Assembly (NCBI GenBank): GCA_043819555.1
Contig: JBDREQ010000064.1
Location: forward strand, 18,026-82,025
Source: Candidatus Zixiibacteriota bacterium
GTDB lineage: Bacteria; Zixibacteria; MSB-5A5; GN15; JAAZOE01
Direction: 5' to 3'
Length of the DNA stretch: 64,000 bases
Positions 62,818 to 64,000 of this stretch are shown here, piece by piece. The notes beneath the pieces are model-generated. The model was given only the letters and a program-made list of their open reading frames with translations. It did not search any database and had not been told where the DNA came from. The position numbers and the translations under genes were made by a program. Each line of letters begins with the position of its first letter. Position 1 is the first letter of the stretch.

Positions 62818-63672
62818 GTGGCTAAACAATCAAGACGATATCGGGACGAAGACCGTTCCCTGGATCTATACCTTCGGGAAATAGGATCCACCCCATTGAT
62901 TACCGCTCAGGAAGAAGTGAGGTTGGCTCAACGCATTCGCAAAGGCGACAAAACCGCTTTGGAAAAATTGACCAAAGCCAATTTGCGCTTTGTTGTCAGC
63001 GTGGCCAAAAATTACCAGAATCAAGGTCTCTCTCTGGCGGACTTAATCAATGAGGGGAATATCGGCCTTATCAAAGCCGCTAAGCGTTTTGATGAAACGC
63101 GCGGTTTTAAATTCATTTCGTACGCGGTCTGGTGGATTCGCCAGGCGATTTTGCAAGCCCTGGCCGAACAGAGCCGGATTGTCAGACTTCCCCTGAACCG
63201 AGTCGGAACCTTGCACAAAATTGGCAAGGTATCATCCCGCCTTGAGCAAACCTTTGGGCGCAATCCGTCACCCGAGGAAATTGCCGACAAGCTGGAACTG
63301 ACCGAAAACGAAGTATCTGATACGCTGAAGATTTCCAACACGCATCTGTCTTTGGATCAGCCGTTCTCGGTTTCTGAAGATAATTCGCTGATTGACATTC
63401 TCGAGGACGAGTATCAGCCGGGACCCGATGAAGCGCTTCTTGATATGTCGCTCCGGGTAGAAATCGATAAGGCTTTGGATACTCTGACGCCTCGTGAAGC
63501 CGAGGTCATCAACCTCTATTTTGGCCTCAATGCTGAAAAAGCGCTAACGCTGGAAGAAATCGGCACGCGCTTTAATCTGACCCGTGAACGAGTCCGGCAG
63601 ATTAAAGAAAAGGCAATTCGCCGACTGCGCCATGCTTCGCGCAGCCGTTCGCTTCGCGCGTATTTGAGTTAA
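62818..63672 (+). CDS. RNA polymerase sigma factor, RpoD/SigA family (short form lacking region 1.1)
   Basis: [51 protein letters not shown]. Confidence 0.95.
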   Translation: MAKQSRRYRDEDRSLDLYLREIGSTPLITAQEEVRLAQRIRKGDKTALEKLTKANLRFVVSVAKNYQNQGLSLADLINEGNIGLIKAAKRFDETRGFKFISYAVWWIRQAILQALAEQSRIVRLPLNRVGTLHKIGKVSSRLEQTFGRNPSPEEIADKLELTENEVSDTLKISNTHLSLDQPFSVSEDNSLIDILEDEYQPGPDEALLDMSLRVEIDKALDTLTPREAEVINLYFGLNAEKALTLEEIGTRFNLTRERVRQIKEKAIRRLRHASRSRSLRAYLS

Positions 63673-63697
63673 GAAAAAACTAAAATATATCTAAATC

Positions 63698-63732
63698 AAA
63701 ATCCCTGCCTTTTCCAAAGCAGGGATTTTTTT
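63698..63732 (+). terminator. Intrinsic terminator after sigma gene
   Basis: AATCCCTGC-CTTTTCCAAA-GCAGGGATT-TTTTT. Confidence 0.8.
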
Positions 63733-63751
63733 ATTGCACCATCCCTCGTCT

Positions 63752-63849
63752 GTCATTCCCGAGAGCGGAGCCCTAATGGGCGGAGCGAATCGGGAATCCA
63801 TGCGGTAATCGGAAAACAGGCTTTTGCCTGTTCCCCTCTTCGAGAGGGG
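63752..63849. repeat. REP-like palindromes
   Basis: GTCATTCCCGA...TCGGGAATCC (63752-63799), AACAGGC-TTTT-GCCTGTT (63815-63832), CCCCTCT-TCG-AGAGGGG (63833-63849). Confidence 0.7.
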
Positions 63850-63859
63850 TGGCTCGAGC

Positions 63860-64000
63860 GGTATAGACCGGATAGATAGGTAACAGTTTAGACCGGTGAC
63901 ATAGGTAACAGGTATATTACGGCATAATTGAAGGAGGTTTGGTTATGTCGTGGAAAGAGACCTGTCCTATGGATGAAAAAGTTAAGTTTTTAAATTATTA
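63860..64000 (+). mobile_element. Left end of IS481-family insertion sequence (partial)
   Basis: Two 22-nt repeats TAGACCGG(ATAG/TGAC)ATAGGTAACA at 63864 and 63889; AAGGAGG RBS; ATG 63945 gives MSWKETCPMDEKVKF, like IS481 transposase N-termini (MPWKE...M). Confidence 0.8.

Overview
A 64 kb bacterial chromosomal window from a Gram-negative organism. The LpxC/FabZ fusion, short RpoD-type sigma factor, C-terminal 'QNYPNPFNP' sorting domain and lipid A genes suggest the FCB superphylum, plausibly Zixibacteria (inference). Most of it is housekeeping: an ECF sigma/anti-sigma operon, mreB, HNH-trpS-scpA-scpB-rluB, tol-pal, ppdK, lpxC/fabZ-lpxA-oxidoreductase-lpxB-waaA-lpxK-nadB-guaA, aspS-phoH-HD-ybeY-CBS, htrA and a sigma factor. 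The outstanding element is a ~10.7 kb operon (24822-35543, minus strand) of three diverged tandem copies of one uncharacterised four-gene membrane cassette (A-B-C-D x3). About 10.5 kb downstream on the same strand lie a GlmL/MutL-like ASKHA ATPase with no B12 mutase nearby, a membrane-anchored exported protein and an unknown 377-aa cytoplasmic protein. Together these may form an undescribed ATP-driven membrane complex or transporter. Other oddities: a frameshifted M28 peptidase, a patchwork of REP-like palindromes around a truncated DUF4238-like gene, a small basic orphan with its own promoter, PPDK with a histone-H1-like tail, Pal with 17 consecutive prolines, a GnnA candidate between lpxA and lpxB, and the left end of an IS481-like element at the right edge. 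No tRNA, rRNA or CRISPR array was recognised. Family names are from motif recognition and memory, not database searches.
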